This document shows positions 9,098 to 18,382 of a stretch of 60,438 bases of DNA, piece by piece. The stretch's first letter is position 1, and the number at the start of each line of letters is the position of its first letter. The position numbers and the translations under genes are program-made. The stretch spans positions 1-60,438 of the forward strand of contig JBHENW010000200.1 in the NCBI GenBank assembly GCA_046261875.1, written 5' to 3'. This DNA comes from Thermoanaerobaculia bacterium. Its GTDB lineage: Bacteria > Acidobacteriota > Thermoanaerobaculia > UBA5066 > Gp7-AA6. Below the pieces are notes generated by a model. That model had not been told where the DNA came from, ran no database searches, and saw only the letters and a program-made list of their open reading frames with translations.

Positions 9098-11530
9098 TCA
9101 GCGGCCCAGAGCGGTCGTCTCGCGCTCCCGGGCGGTGACGGAGAGCCCTTCGGGGCCCACCCGGGCTTCGATCGCCTCGATCTTTTCGTCCCGCGCCGCG
9201 ATGAGCAGCTCCGAAACGGGGTCCTCGACGTGCTTCTGGATCGCCCGGCGCAGGGGGCGGGCGCCCATGTTCGGGTCATCGCCGCTCTGCCGGAGAAGCC
9301 ACTCGACGGCGGCGTCGTCCACGTCCACGAACGCGCCCTTGGGGGAGAGCGTCGCGTTGACGTCGTCGATGAGAAGCCGGCATATCTTCGCGAGCTCTTC
9401 GCGGCCGAGCGGGTGGAAGACGATCGTCTCGTCGATCCGGTTGATGAACTCGGGCGAGAAATCCCGCTTGAGCTCCTTCAGGACGAGCTCTTCGATCTCG
9501 CGCGAGTTCTGGATCCCCCGCGAGTCCCCGAACCCCAGGCGGTTGCGGGTGACGAGGTGCTTGGTCCCGATGTTCGACGTCATGATGATGAGCGTGTTCT
9601 TGAAGTCCACGACGTTGCCGTACGCGTCCGTCAGGATCCCGTCTTCCAGGATCTGCAGGAGCAGGTTGGCGATGTCGGGATGCGCCTTCTCGATCTCGTC
9701 GAACAGGATCACGCTGTAGGGGTTGCGCCGGATCCTCTCCGTCAGCTGGCCGCCGTCCTCGTGTCCGACGTAGCCGGGGGGCGATCCGATCAGCTTCGAG
9801 ACGGCGTGCTTCTCCATGTACTCGGACATGTCGAAGCGCACCAGAGCCTTCTGGTTCTCGAAGAGAAACTCCGCCAGCCGGCGCGCGACCTCCGTCTTTC
9901 CGACGCCGGAGGGCCCGAGGAAGATGAAGGAGCCCATCGGGCGGTTCGGGTTCTTCACGCCGAGGCGCGAGCGGCGGATTGCCTTGGACACGCCGACGAT
10001 GGCCGCTTCCTGCCCGACGATGCGCCGGCGCAGCGCATCCTCCATGTGGAGGAGTTTCTCGGCCTCTTCCATCTCGAGCGACGCGACGGGGATGCCCGTC
10101 CAGGAGGAGATGATCTCCTCGATGTCGCGGCGGGTGACCTCCTGGGTCGCCTCGTTGCGCTCGGCCGTCTGCGCCTTTGTCCGCTCGATCTCTTCCTTGA
10201 GCTCGATCTCCCGCTCGCGCAGGAAGACGGCCTTTTCGAAGTCCTTGTCGGAGATCGCCTTCTTCATCTCCTTGACGATCTGGCGGGTCTCGATCTCCAG
10301 CTTGCGCAGGTTCTGCGTATCGGCGACGCGCTTGAGCTTCACCTTCGCTCCCGCCTCGTCGAGGATGTCGATCGCCTTGTCCGGGAAGAAGCGGTCCGTG
10401 ATGTAGCGGTTGGATTGATACACCGCCGTCTTGATCGCTTCCGCGGAGTAACGCACCTTGTGGAACTGCTCGTAGCGGTCCTTGACGCCCTCCAGGATCT
10501 CGAAGGTCTCGTTCTCGGAAGGGGCCGTCACCTGGATCGCCTGGAAGCGCCGGAGGAGGCTGCGGTCCTTCTCGATGTACTTGCGGTATTCCTTCAGCGT
10601 CGTCGCCCCGATGCAGGAGACCTCGCCGCGCGAGAGGGCGGGCTTCAGGATGTTCGCCGCGTCCAGGCTCCCCTCGGCGGAGCCGGCGCCGATCAACGAA
10701 TGGATCTCGTCGATGAAGATGATCAGGTCGGGGTTCTCCCGCAGCTCGCGGATGATCCCCTTGAGGCGCTCCTCGAACTGGCCGCGGTACTTGGTGCCCG
10801 CCACGATGAGGGAGAGGTCGAGCGCGAGGATCTTCTTGTTCGCGAGAAACATCGGGACCGCGCCCTCGATGATCCGCGTCGCCAGCCCTTCCACGATCGC
10901 CGTCTTGCCGACCCCCGGTTCGCCGAGGAGGATCGGGTTGTTCTTGGTGCGGCGGGAGAGGATCTGGATGATCCGCTCGACCTCCTTCTCGCGGCCGATC
11001 AGCGGATCGAAGGTTCCTCCCGTCGCGAGCTGCGTCAGATCGCGGCTGTACTCCGCCAGGAAGGGAAGCTCCTTCTTCTGCTTGGAGACCTCGCGCTCCT
11101 TGATCAGGGAGATCGTCTCTTCACGGACTCCGTAGAGGTTGAAGCCCCGCGCCGTGAGCAGGCGGCCGGCGACACAGCCGTCCACCCGGAGCAGGCCGAT
11201 CAGGAGGTGCTCCGTGCCGACGTAGGGATGCATCATGGATTCCGCCTCGTGGGAGGCGTAAGCCAGGATCTTCTTCGACTCCTCGGAAAGCGGAAGCTCG
11301 GCCGTCGAGGAGATCCGTTCGACGAAGATGCGATCTCCTTCGATCTCGCGGCGGACCTCTTCCGGCTTCACGTTGAAGCGGGAGAAGATCTCCTTGATGA
11401 TGTCCTCGCCCTCTCGCAGGATGCCGAGCAGGAGATGCTCGGACTCGATCACCTTGGAGCCGAGCTTGGAGGCCTCGTAGCGCGCGAAGAAGAGAGCCCG
11501 GCGCGCTTTCTCGTTGTACTTCTCAAACAT
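9098..11530 (-). CDS. clpC: ATP-dependent Clp protease ATP-binding subunit (ClpC/ClpA-type)
   Basis: Clp N-domain, Walker A motifs GEPGVGKT and GPSGVGKT, UVR-like coiled coil, LGF ClpP-docking loop. Confidence 0.9.
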   Translation of the reverse strand: MFEKYNEKARRALFFARYEASKLGSKVIESEHLLLGILREGEDIIKEIFSRFNVKPEEVRREIEGDRIFVERISSTAELPLSEESKKILAYASHEAESMMHPYVGTEHLLIGLLRVDGCVAGRLLTARGFNLYGVREETISLIKEREVSKQKKELPFLAEYSRDLTQLATGGTFDPLIGREKEVERIIQILSRRTKNNPILLGEPGVGKTAIVEGLATRIIEGAVPMFLANKKILALDLSLIVAGTKYRGQFEERLKGIIRELRENPDLIIFIDEIHSLIGAGSAEGSLDAANILKPALSRGEVSCIGATTLKEYRKYIEKDRSLLRRFQAIQVTAPSENETFEILEGVKDRYEQFHKVRYSAEAIKTAVYQSNRYITDRFFPDKAIDILDEAGAKVKLKRVADTQNLRKLEIETRQIVKEMKKAISDKDFEKAVFLREREIELKEEIERTKAQTAERNEATQEVTRRDIEEIISSWTGIPVASLEMEEAEKLLHMEDALRRRIVGQEAAIVGVSKAIRRSRLGVKNPNRPMGSFIFLGPSGVGKTEVARRLAEFLFENQKALVRFDMSEYMEKHAVSKLIGSPPGYVGHEDGGQLTERIRRNPYSVILFDEIEKAHPDIANLLLQILEDGILTDAYGNVVDFKNTLIIMTSNIGTKHLVTRNRLGFGDSRGIQNSREIEELVLKELKRDFSPEFINRIDETIVFHPLGREELAKICRLLIDDVNATLSPKGAFVDVDDAAVEWLLRQSGDDPNMGARPLRRAIQKHVEDPVSELLIAARDEKIEAIEARVGPEGLSVTARERETTALGR

Positions 11531-11568
11531 CGGGAGCGGCGGAAAGCGAAGCCAGCATCGGCGTTTTC

Positions 11569-12354
11569 TTACCGATTCGCGTAACCCGCCCGTCCCACGA
11601 TTCCTTCCCGGGACATCGAAAAGATCTTATCACAGCGATTCGCGAGCTCCGGGTTGTGCGTGACGAGAACGGTCGTCATCGCACGCTCCCGGTGCAGCTG
11701 CTGGAGCAGATCGAAGACGATGCGGGCGGATTCAACGTCCAAATTGCCCGTCGGCTCGTCCGCCAGGAGCAGGCGCGGTCCGCGCGCGAGGGCGCGGGCG
11801 ATCGCGGCCCGCTGCTGCTCGCCGCCGGAGAGCGCGAGGGGTCGATGGCTCGCGCGGTGTCCCAGGCCGACGCGCTCGAGCATGACGAGGGCCTGCCGCT
11901 CGGACTCCGCGCGCTGGAGTCCCGCGATGCGGTGAGGCATCGCCGCGTTCTCCAGCGCCGTGAACTCGGGCAGCAGGTGGTGGTACTGGAACACGAACCC
12001 GATCTTCTCGTTGCGGAAACGCGCGCGCTCGCGGGGCGGGAGATCCTCGAGCGACTGCCCGAAGATCTCCACGCGGCCGGCATCGGGTCGGTCGATTCCC
12101 CCGAGCAGGTGCAGCAGCGTGGACTTTCCGACGCCGGACGGGCCCATGATCGCCGCGAACGTCCGATCCTCCAGCGCGAACGACAGGTCGGTGAAGACCG
12201 TGACCGGCGCCCCCTCCCCGGCATAGGTCTTGGAGACGCCGAGGGCGCGAACCGAGATCTCCTCCGGGGAGGTCGCGGGTGGTGGGTGGTGGGTGATGGG
12301 GTCCGAGCCCTCTTCCCCAGCACCTACCACCTTCCACCGACCACCTTCTTTCAT
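11569..12354 (-). CDS. lolD: Lipoprotein-releasing ABC transporter ATP-binding protein
   Basis: GPSGVGKST, IGFVFQYHHLLPEF, LSGGEQQR, DEPTGNLD. ATGA overlap with the upstream permease stop. Confidence 0.88.
   Translation of the reverse strand: MKEGGRWKVVGAGEEGSDPITHHPPPATSPEEISVRALGVSKTYAGEGAPVTVFTDLSFALEDRTFAAIMGPSGVGKSTLLHLLGGIDRPDAGRVEIFGQSLEDLPPRERARFRNEKIGFVFQYHHLLPEFTALENAAMPHRIAGLQRAESERQALVMLERVGLGHRASHRPLALSGGEQQRAAIARALARGPRLLLADEPTGNLDVESARIVFDLLQQLHRERAMTTVLVTHNPELANRCDKIFSMSREGIVGRAGYANR
12277..12345. repeat. Heptamer-repeat imperfect inverted repeat inside the lolD 5' coding region
   Basis: GGGTGGT GGGTGGT GGGTGAT arm (12277-12300) faces a CACCTAC CACCTTC CACCGAC CACC arm (12321-12345). 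Confidence 0.8.
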
Positions 12355-13541
12355 CGCGACAGCCTCAACGCCTCGCCCGGCGCCAGCCGGGCCGCCGCCC
12401 GGGCCGGAAGGACCGCGGCGCCGACCGCCGTCGCCAGCGCGAAGACTGCGACGAGGAAGACCTCCCCGGGATGGACGGCGAATGGGACGTGGGTCAGGAG
12501 ATAGACGTCGGCGGGAAGCGGCACGGCGCGGGTGCGATCGAGCAGGGTCGCGACCGTCACGCCCAGGGCGACCCCGGCGGCGGTGCCGAGGAGCCCGATG
12601 AGGGCCCCGAGCGTCAGGTAGACGCGGCCGAGGGCCTCCGGCGTCGCTCCGAGCGAGGCGAGGACGCCCAGGTCCCGCTTCTTCTCGACGACGAGCAGCG
12701 CGACGTTGGACACGATGTTCAGCGCCGCGACGAGGATGACGAGCGCGACCGTGACGAAGATGACGAGTTTCTCCAGCCTCAGCGCAAAAGAGAGGGGCGC
12801 GTTCAGGTCCTTCCAGGTCTGGATCCGCGTTTCCGCCGGAAGTCGCGGGGCCAGTCGCGCGGCGACTTCCTCGGCGCGCTCGGGATCACGCAGCCGCGCC
12901 TCGTAGGCGCCCGCTCCGTCGGTGACTCCGGCGAGCAGCCGCGCCGAGCGCTCGGAGACCTCGACGTCCGCCGCCTTTTCCAGCGCGCCGATGCGCATGA
13001 CGTCCGCGACCTGGAAGACCATCGTGACCGGGATCGGTCCGAGCGGCGAGAGGCGCGTTCGGGAGGAGGTGACGCGGATGCGCCCGCCACGGGAGACCCC
13101 CGTGCGCGCCGCCACGGATCCGCTCACGCGCGCGAGCGGGAAGGACCCTTCCCCCGAGGGCTCCAGGGAGCTCTCCTCTTTCGCCGCATTGCGGTAGCGG
13201 ACGGGCAGCGCGCTCTCCCCTTCCGGGTCGGCGACCCAGGCGCGGCCCGCGATCGATGGAGCGACCGCGGCGACTTCCGCCTGCGCGGCGAGCAGCCGGC
13301 GCACGCTCTCGGCGTCGGCGAGGCGGGCTCCCCGCTCCGGCGAAACGACGAGGTGCGGGCTCCGCTCGGCCATCTGGGCGCGGATCCGGTCCTGGAAGCC
13401 CGAAAGGAGCGACAGCGAGATGACCAGGGCCGCGACGCCCACGGCGAGCCCCAGCACCGCGATCGTCGAGATGAGCGCCACGTGGGCGCGCCGGCGCGAG
13501 GCGGCGAGGTACCGGAGGGCGACGAAGGACGGAAAGCTCAT
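12351..13541 (-). CDS. LolC/E-type (FtsX-family) lipoprotein-releasing permease
   Basis: FVALRYL, GVAALVISLSLLSGF, VEKKRDLGVLASLGA, YLLTHVPF. Start taken at ATG 13541 (MSFPSF). Confidence 0.88.
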   Translation of the reverse strand: MSFPSFVALRYLAASRRRAHVALISTIAVLGLAVGVAALVISLSLLSGFQDRIRAQMAERSPHLVVSPERGARLADAESVRRLLAAQAEVAAVAPSIAGRAWVADPEGESALPVRYRNAAKEESSLEPSGEGSFPLARVSGSVAARTGVSRGGRIRVTSSRTRLSPLGPIPVTMVFQVADVMRIGALEKAADVEVSERSARLLAGVTDGAGAYEARLRDPERAEEVAARLAPRLPAETRIQTWKDLNAPLSFALRLEKLVIFVTVALVILVAALNIVSNVALLVVEKKRDLGVLASLGATPEALGRVYLTLGALIGLLGTAAGVALGVTVATLLDRTRAVPLPADVYLLTHVPFAVHPGEVFLVAVFALATAVGAAVLPARAAARLAPGEALRLSR

Positions 13542-13552
13542 GGAGACGACGA

Positions 13553-13634
13553 TCGGGAGTCGGTAGTCCATAGTCGATAGTCGGGCTGGTTTCCTCGACT
13601 CCCGACTCCCGACTCGACTCCCGACTCCCGACTC
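13553..13634. repeat. Heptamer tandem repeat hairpin (GACTCCC)n between lysS and the permease
   Basis: Four full and two partial GACTCCC units (13597-13634) face a degenerate complementary arm GGGAGTC GGTAGTC CATAGTC GATAGTC (13555-13582). Confidence 0.85.
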
Positions 13635-15186
13635 ACGAACCCTCCTTCGGCCGTAACAGGGGAAACAGGATCACGTCCCGGATCGAGTGCCGGTCGGTCA
13701 GGAGCATCGTGAGCCGGTCGATGCCGACCCCTTCCCCGGCCGTCGGCGGCATCCCGTACTCGAGCGCTTCGACGTACTCCTCATCGTAGGGGGTGGCCTC
13801 GAGGTCCCCCCGCCGGCGCTCCTCCTCCTGCTGCCGGAACCGGCGCGCCTGCTCGGCGGGGTCGTTCAGCTCGGAGAAGCCGTTGGCGATCTCCATCCCT
13901 CCCGCATAGAGCTCGAAGCGATCGACCCATTCCGGATCGTCGGGGTTCTGCTTGGAAAGCGGCGAGATCTCCGTCGGAAACTCGTGGAGGAACGTCGGCT
14001 GGATGAACCGGGCCTCGGCCACCGCTTCGAAGAGCTCCGCGAGGAGCTTGTCCTTCTGGCCGGCGAAGCGATCGGGCCGCTCGACGCCCAGCCGCCGCGC
14101 GGCGGCGAGAAGCCCCTCGGCGGAAGCCAGGTCCTCCTCGCGCACGGGGCCTCGCGGGTCTTCGCGCACCGCCTCGAGGACGGCCTGGCGCATCGTCACG
14201 CGCCGATACGGCGGAGTCCAGTCGATCGTGTGCTCCCCCCACGGCGTGCGGAGACCGCCGGAGGTTTCGCGGGCGAGACCGGCGAGCATCTGCTCCGTCA
14301 GCTCCATCAGGTCGGCCGCGCGTGCGTAGGCCTGGTAGAACTCGAGCATGGTGAATTCCGGGTTGTGCTGCGTTGAGATCCCCTCGTTGCGGAAGTTGCG
14401 GTTGACCTCGTAAACCCGGTCGATCCCTCCCACCACGAGCCGCTTGAGGTACAGCTCCGGAGCGATGCGCAGGAAGAGAGGAAGGTCGAGGGCGTTGTGG
14501 TGGGTCACGAACGGACGCGCCAGCGCGCCGCCCGCCACCGGCTGCATCATCGGCGTCTCGACCTCGAGAAACCCCCGCGCGTCGAGGAACCCGCGCAGGT
14601 AGCGCACGATCGCCGCCCGCCGCTCGAAGACCTCACGGGACTCGGGATTCACGGCGAGGTCGAGGTACCTCTGCCGGTAACGGCGCTCGACGTCCTTCAG
14701 GCCGTGCCACTTTTCCGGGAGCGGCCGGAGACACTTCGCCAGGAACTCCACTTCGCGCGCCTTGACGGACAGCTCCCCGGTCCGCGTGCGGAAGATTTCG
14801 CCGCGCACGCCGATCCAGTCTCCGAGGTCCAGGGCCCGGACCAGCTCCCACGCCGGCTCCCCCACGACGTCCTTGCGGACGTACACCTGGAGCCGGTGCC
14901 GGCCGTCGGAGAGATCCAGGAACGCCGCGCGTCCCTGATCCCGCCGGGCGAGGATCCGCCCCGCCGTCGCCGCGGCGGGGGGCGTCCGCTCCAGCTCCTC
15001 TCCGGGCGTCCCGGCGTACTTCCGGGCGATCTCGGATACGGAGGCCGTGAGGTCGAAGCGGAAGGGATAGAGCGCGGACACGACCGAGCCGATCTGCTCC
15101 AGGCGCACCCTCCGGTTCCGGATGAGATCGGCTTCGGCGGATTCTTCGAGGAGATCCGGGGGCGTGTTCGCCGGGGGCGCTTTCAT
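13633..15186 (-). CDS. lysS: Lysine--tRNA ligase (class II)
   Basis: KCLRPLPEKWHGL, RYRQRYLDL, LRIAPELYLKRL, FRNEGISTQHNPEFTMLEFY, YGMPPTAGEGVGIDRL. Confidence 0.98.
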   Translation of the reverse strand: MKAPPANTPPDLLEESAEADLIRNRRVRLEQIGSVVSALYPFRFDLTASVSEIARKYAGTPGEELERTPPAAATAGRILARRDQGRAAFLDLSDGRHRLQVYVRKDVVGEPAWELVRALDLGDWIGVRGEIFRTRTGELSVKAREVEFLAKCLRPLPEKWHGLKDVERRYRQRYLDLAVNPESREVFERRAAIVRYLRGFLDARGFLEVETPMMQPVAGGALARPFVTHHNALDLPLFLRIAPELYLKRLVVGGIDRVYEVNRNFRNEGISTQHNPEFTMLEFYQAYARAADLMELTEQMLAGLARETSGGLRTPWGEHTIDWTPPYRRVTMRQAVLEAVREDPRGPVREEDLASAEGLLAAARRLGVERPDRFAGQKDKLLAELFEAVAEARFIQPTFLHEFPTEISPLSKQNPDDPEWVDRFELYAGGMEIANGFSELNDPAEQARRFRQQEEERRRGDLEATPYDEEYVEALEYGMPPTAGEGVGIDRLTMLLTDRHSIRDVILFPLLRPKEGS

Positions 15187-15260
15187 CGGCCGAGGATACT
15201 AGGAGACCCCCGCAGCGGACAGTCCGGTATCCGGCGCGCGGTGCGCGCGCTCCGTGCCGG

Positions 15261-16799
15261 TCAGCCTTCGATGTCGGTCGGGGAGGCCCGTTGCCGCTCG
15301 ACCTCGTCGAGCCCGAGCCAGAGATCGGCGGTCGCGCCGAGCAGCCGGAAGCGCGAGCGCGTCCAGGAGCGCGTCTCCGCCTCGGCCTCGCCGAGGTGCG
15401 CTTCCTCGATGGCGACCGTCATCCGCGCGTCGAGCTGGGACGCCCGGGCGAGCGTCGCGCGGGCCGCGCGGAGGAGGTCGGGCGATGGCGCGGCGGAAGC
15501 CGCGAGGGCCTCGAGCTCCTGCTCCGCCTTCACCCGCAGGACGGCAGCCTGCAGGAGGGCCCGGTCGCGATCGGAGGGGGGCTCCCCTCCCGCCGCGACG
15601 GTCTTGCGCGCCGCGAGCAGCTCCCAGGGCTCCAGCTTCAGGTGCGCCAGGCCGGGGATTTCGGGCCGCACGGGGCCGTGTCCCTCGTCGTAGAGCTCGA
15701 CGGCTCCGAGCAGCCGGTCCATGGAGGGCTTCCAGAACGCCGCCTCGTGCTCTTCTCCTTCGACTTCCTCCACGAGTTCGAGTGCCTCGTCGATGTCCTG
15801 GGCTTCGAGGCCCGAGATGTCGAACTTCTGGAGCACCTCGCTGATCGCGTGCTTGAGCTCGTGGATGTGCTGCGCGCGAAGGTTGCGCTCCGTCGCCTGG
15901 CGGTCGTACCGGATGCGGGACTCGCGAAAACGGCGGAACTCTTCGGACGCCTTCTCCTCCCCCCCGCGGGTCAGCTCGCGCTCCAGGTCGGTGATGCGTC
16001 CCGTCGCCTCGTCCAGCCGTCTTTCTTCCTTCTCGTAGAGCCGGTGGAAGACCGAACGCGTCGTCAGGTTGCAGCAGGCGACCGCCGTCAGGATGTCCGG
16101 ATTCGCCAGCCCGCTCGCGACACGGCGCTTCATCGTCCGGACGTTGTTGAGGAGCCTCTCGGAGACCAGATCCTCGAACTCCCGCGCCCGGTTCATGTCG
16201 GTCGCGAGCTCGTCGAAGGCCCGCACGATGGGCGGCGTCATGCCGGACTCCAGCCGGGGCCAGACCGATGCGGCCGTGACGGACTCGAACAGCTTCTGGA
16301 TCGCCACGCGCGGGCGGGTGAGCGAGGCCTCCGGGTCCGCGCGCCCGGTCGCGGCGACGGTCGCCAGGAAGTCCACCTTGTCGATGACGTCCTCGTCGAC
16401 TTCCGACTGCGAGAAGTAGAAGCGCAGCAGGTGAAAGGCGATCTTCTCGTCCTGCGGCCGGACCTTCTCGAAGAAACGCCGCACGAAGGAGGGCGAGACG
16501 CGGCGGTCCGTTTCGCGCAGCTCGCGCGCGAAGGCGTCGAGCTTTTCCCACAGCTCCCGGAGGCGCGGCGCGACCGCTTCGGGCAGCGCCGTGTTGATTT
16601 GCGCCGCGACGGCCCGGATCTCCTCGTAGAGGGCGTTGAAATCGAGCTTGTATCCGGGCTCCGAAGAGAAGAAGGTCTTGTAAACGCCGCGCAGGAATTG
16701 ATTGAACGTCCAGAGCGCCTTGAATCTCTCCGTCAGCCGGATATAGTCGTCGTGCAGCAGCTGGATCTTCTCGACGGACATCGTAAACTCTGTAACCAT
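15261..16799 (-). CDS. Hypothetical helical/coiled-coil protein (about 510 aa)
   Basis: Long ORF with normal globular composition that fills the gap between lysS and hpt. No family recognised. Start at 16799 or 16781. Confidence 0.8.
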   Translation of the reverse strand: MVTEFTMSVEKIQLLHDDYIRLTERFKALWTFNQFLRGVYKTFFSSEPGYKLDFNALYEEIRAVAAQINTALPEAVAPRLRELWEKLDAFARELRETDRRVSPSFVRRFFEKVRPQDEKIAFHLLRFYFSQSEVDEDVIDKVDFLATVAATGRADPEASLTRPRVAIQKLFESVTAASVWPRLESGMTPPIVRAFDELATDMNRAREFEDLVSERLLNNVRTMKRRVASGLANPDILTAVACCNLTTRSVFHRLYEKEERRLDEATGRITDLERELTRGGEEKASEEFRRFRESRIRYDRQATERNLRAQHIHELKHAISEVLQKFDISGLEAQDIDEALELVEEVEGEEHEAAFWKPSMDRLLGAVELYDEGHGPVRPEIPGLAHLKLEPWELLAARKTVAAGGEPPSDRDRALLQAAVLRVKAEQELEALAASAAPSPDLLRAARATLARASQLDARMTVAIEEAHLGEAEAETRSWTRSRFRLLGATADLWLGLDEVERQRASPTDIEG

Positions 16800-16865
16800 T
16801 CATTGTAGCGCCATGGATCCGACCATTTCCGAGGAATAGACGCCTATGGCACCTTCGGGCCCCCG

Positions 16866-17450
16866 ATGAAGCTCGGGCGCACCCTGATCGACGCGCCGAC
16901 GTTGAGCGACGGGGTCGAGCGGCTCGCGCGGGAGCTCGACCGCGATCAGGAGGGCCGTTCCGCCCTTCTCGTCGGAATTCTCAAAGGATCGATCTTCTTC
17001 CTCTGCGATCTCGCCAAGCGGCTGAAGACCCCCGTGACGCTCGATTTCCTCCAGGTCTCTTCCTACGGCTCGGGCACGCGCTCTTCCGGCAACGTGCGCC
17101 TGCTGCGGGATCTCTCGACGGACGTCGCGGGGCAGGACGTCGTGATCGTCGAGGACATCGTGGACACCGGCAGGACGCTCAAGAAGATCATCGAGATCCT
17201 GGGGACGCGCAAGCCGCGGTCCGTCAAGATCTGCGCGCTCTTGAAGAAGCGCGTCCCGGGCGCCCTCGAGATCCCCATCGACTACCTCGGCTTCACGATC
17301 GACGACCACTTCGTCGTCGGCTACGGCCTCGACCACGCCGAGTCGTACCGCAACCTGCCCTACATCGCCATCCTCGAGCCGGACGGCGATCCGAAGCCGG
17401 ATGCGGAGAGCCTGCCGGTCGGGGCTGCGGCGGGCAGCTCCCCCAAGTGA
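16866..17450 (+). CDS. hpt: Hypoxanthine phosphoribosyltransferase
   Basis: VGILKGSIFF, VSSYGSGT, PRPP-binding VVIVEDIVDTGRT, FVVGYGLD, YRNLPYI. Confidence 0.95.
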   Translation: MKLGRTLIDAPTLSDGVERLARELDRDQEGRSALLVGILKGSIFFLCDLAKRLKTPVTLDFLQVSSYGSGTRSSGNVRLLRDLSTDVAGQDVVIVEDIVDTGRTLKKIIEILGTRKPRSVKICALLKKRVPGALEIPIDYLGFTIDDHFVVGYGLDHAESYRNLPYIAILEPDGDPKPDAESLPVGAAAGSSPK

Positions 17451-17845
17451 AGTTCGTCCGCACGGACGCCGCCCCGGCGGCCATCGGTCCCTACTCGCAG
17501 GGAGTCGTGGAGGGCGAGTACCTCTTCGCCTCGGGACAGATCCCCCTCGACCCGTCCACGGGCGAGCTCGTAGCCGGCGGAGTGGAAGCCGCGGCCGAAC
17601 GCGTCCTCGACAACCTCGAAGCGATCCTGGAGGCGGAGGGGCTGTCCTTCGCCGACGTCGTCAAGACGACGGTCTTTCTGACGCGGAGCGAGGACTTCCC
17701 CGCGATGAACGCGGTCTATGCCCGCCGGTTCGGGGACCACCGTCCGGCTCGCTCCACGGTCACCGTCGCGTCGCTCCCGAAAGGAGCGCCTCTCGAGATG
17801 GACCTCATCGCTCGGCTGCCACGGAGCTGGCGAGAGTCTTCCTAG
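17447..17845 (+). CDS. RidA/YjgF-family reactive intermediate deaminase
   Basis: APAAIGPYSQG, SGQIPLDP, VVKTTVFL, FPAMNAVY, PARSTVTVASLP. Confidence 0.92.
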   Translation: MKFVRTDAAPAAIGPYSQGVVEGEYLFASGQIPLDPSTGELVAGGVEAAAERVLDNLEAILEAEGLSFADVVKTTVFLTRSEDFPAMNAVYARRFGDHRPARSTVTVASLPKGAPLEMDLIARLPRSWRESS

Positions 17846-18306
17846 GGAGTCGTCCCGAGAGCGACGATCGCCGCGATCCACCCGACCGTCAGGACGGCGG
17901 TCGAACGCCGGTGCAGCCGGTCGAAACGCGCCTTCCAGGGATCTCCCGGCGAGGCGTCTTCGAAGGAGCCGACCTTCATCCGACAGTAGTTCATCCGCGG
18001 CCGGACCACCATGGAGAGATAGACGTTCGTGGCGACCGCGGTGAAGATCCCGGCGGCCGCCACGAAGCTCCGGCCGGTAATCTCACGCGTCTCCTCGAGC
18101 TCGAGGAACACGCAGAGGACGAGCAGCAGCGAGAGCACGTGCTTGACCGCTTCGAACCGCCGGAGGATCTCGCCGAAGACCCTGCCCGCGACGTCGCGCG
18201 AAGGGACCTCCCGAAAGACGACCGGAGCCGCGAGGATCACCAGGAGCGTTCCGCCGACCCAGAGCGCGAGCGAGAAACGGGCGACCTGGGAGACGACGGC
18301 GAGCAA
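17842..18306 (-). CDS. DUF4149-like membrane protein
   Basis: LWVGGTL...APVVF...AGRVFGEIL, four hydrophobic segments, FDRLHRRS. Confidence 0.7.
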   Translation of the reverse strand: MLAVVSQVARFSLALWVGGTLLVILAAPVVFREVPSRDVAGRVFGEILRRFEAVKHVLSLLLVLCVFLELEETREITGRSFVAAAGIFTAVATNVYLSMVVRPRMNYCRMKVGSFEDASPGDPWKARFDRLHRRSTAVLTVGWIAAIVALGTTP

Positions 18307-18382
18307 GCGGGGCGCAGTCTAGCCTACCGCGGAGGGTCGGGCCGGATGAGCCCGCGTCCATCGCACGGTAGGATCCGGGCCC

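Noticed and set aside
9230-11584. 784-aa plus-strand ORF
   Set aside because: Exact antisense shadow of clpC, a typical high-GC codon-bias artefact with no independent motifs.
13553-13634. Repeat array as a possible CRISPR
   Set aside because: Units are 7 nt, contiguous and without spacers, and there are no cas genes.
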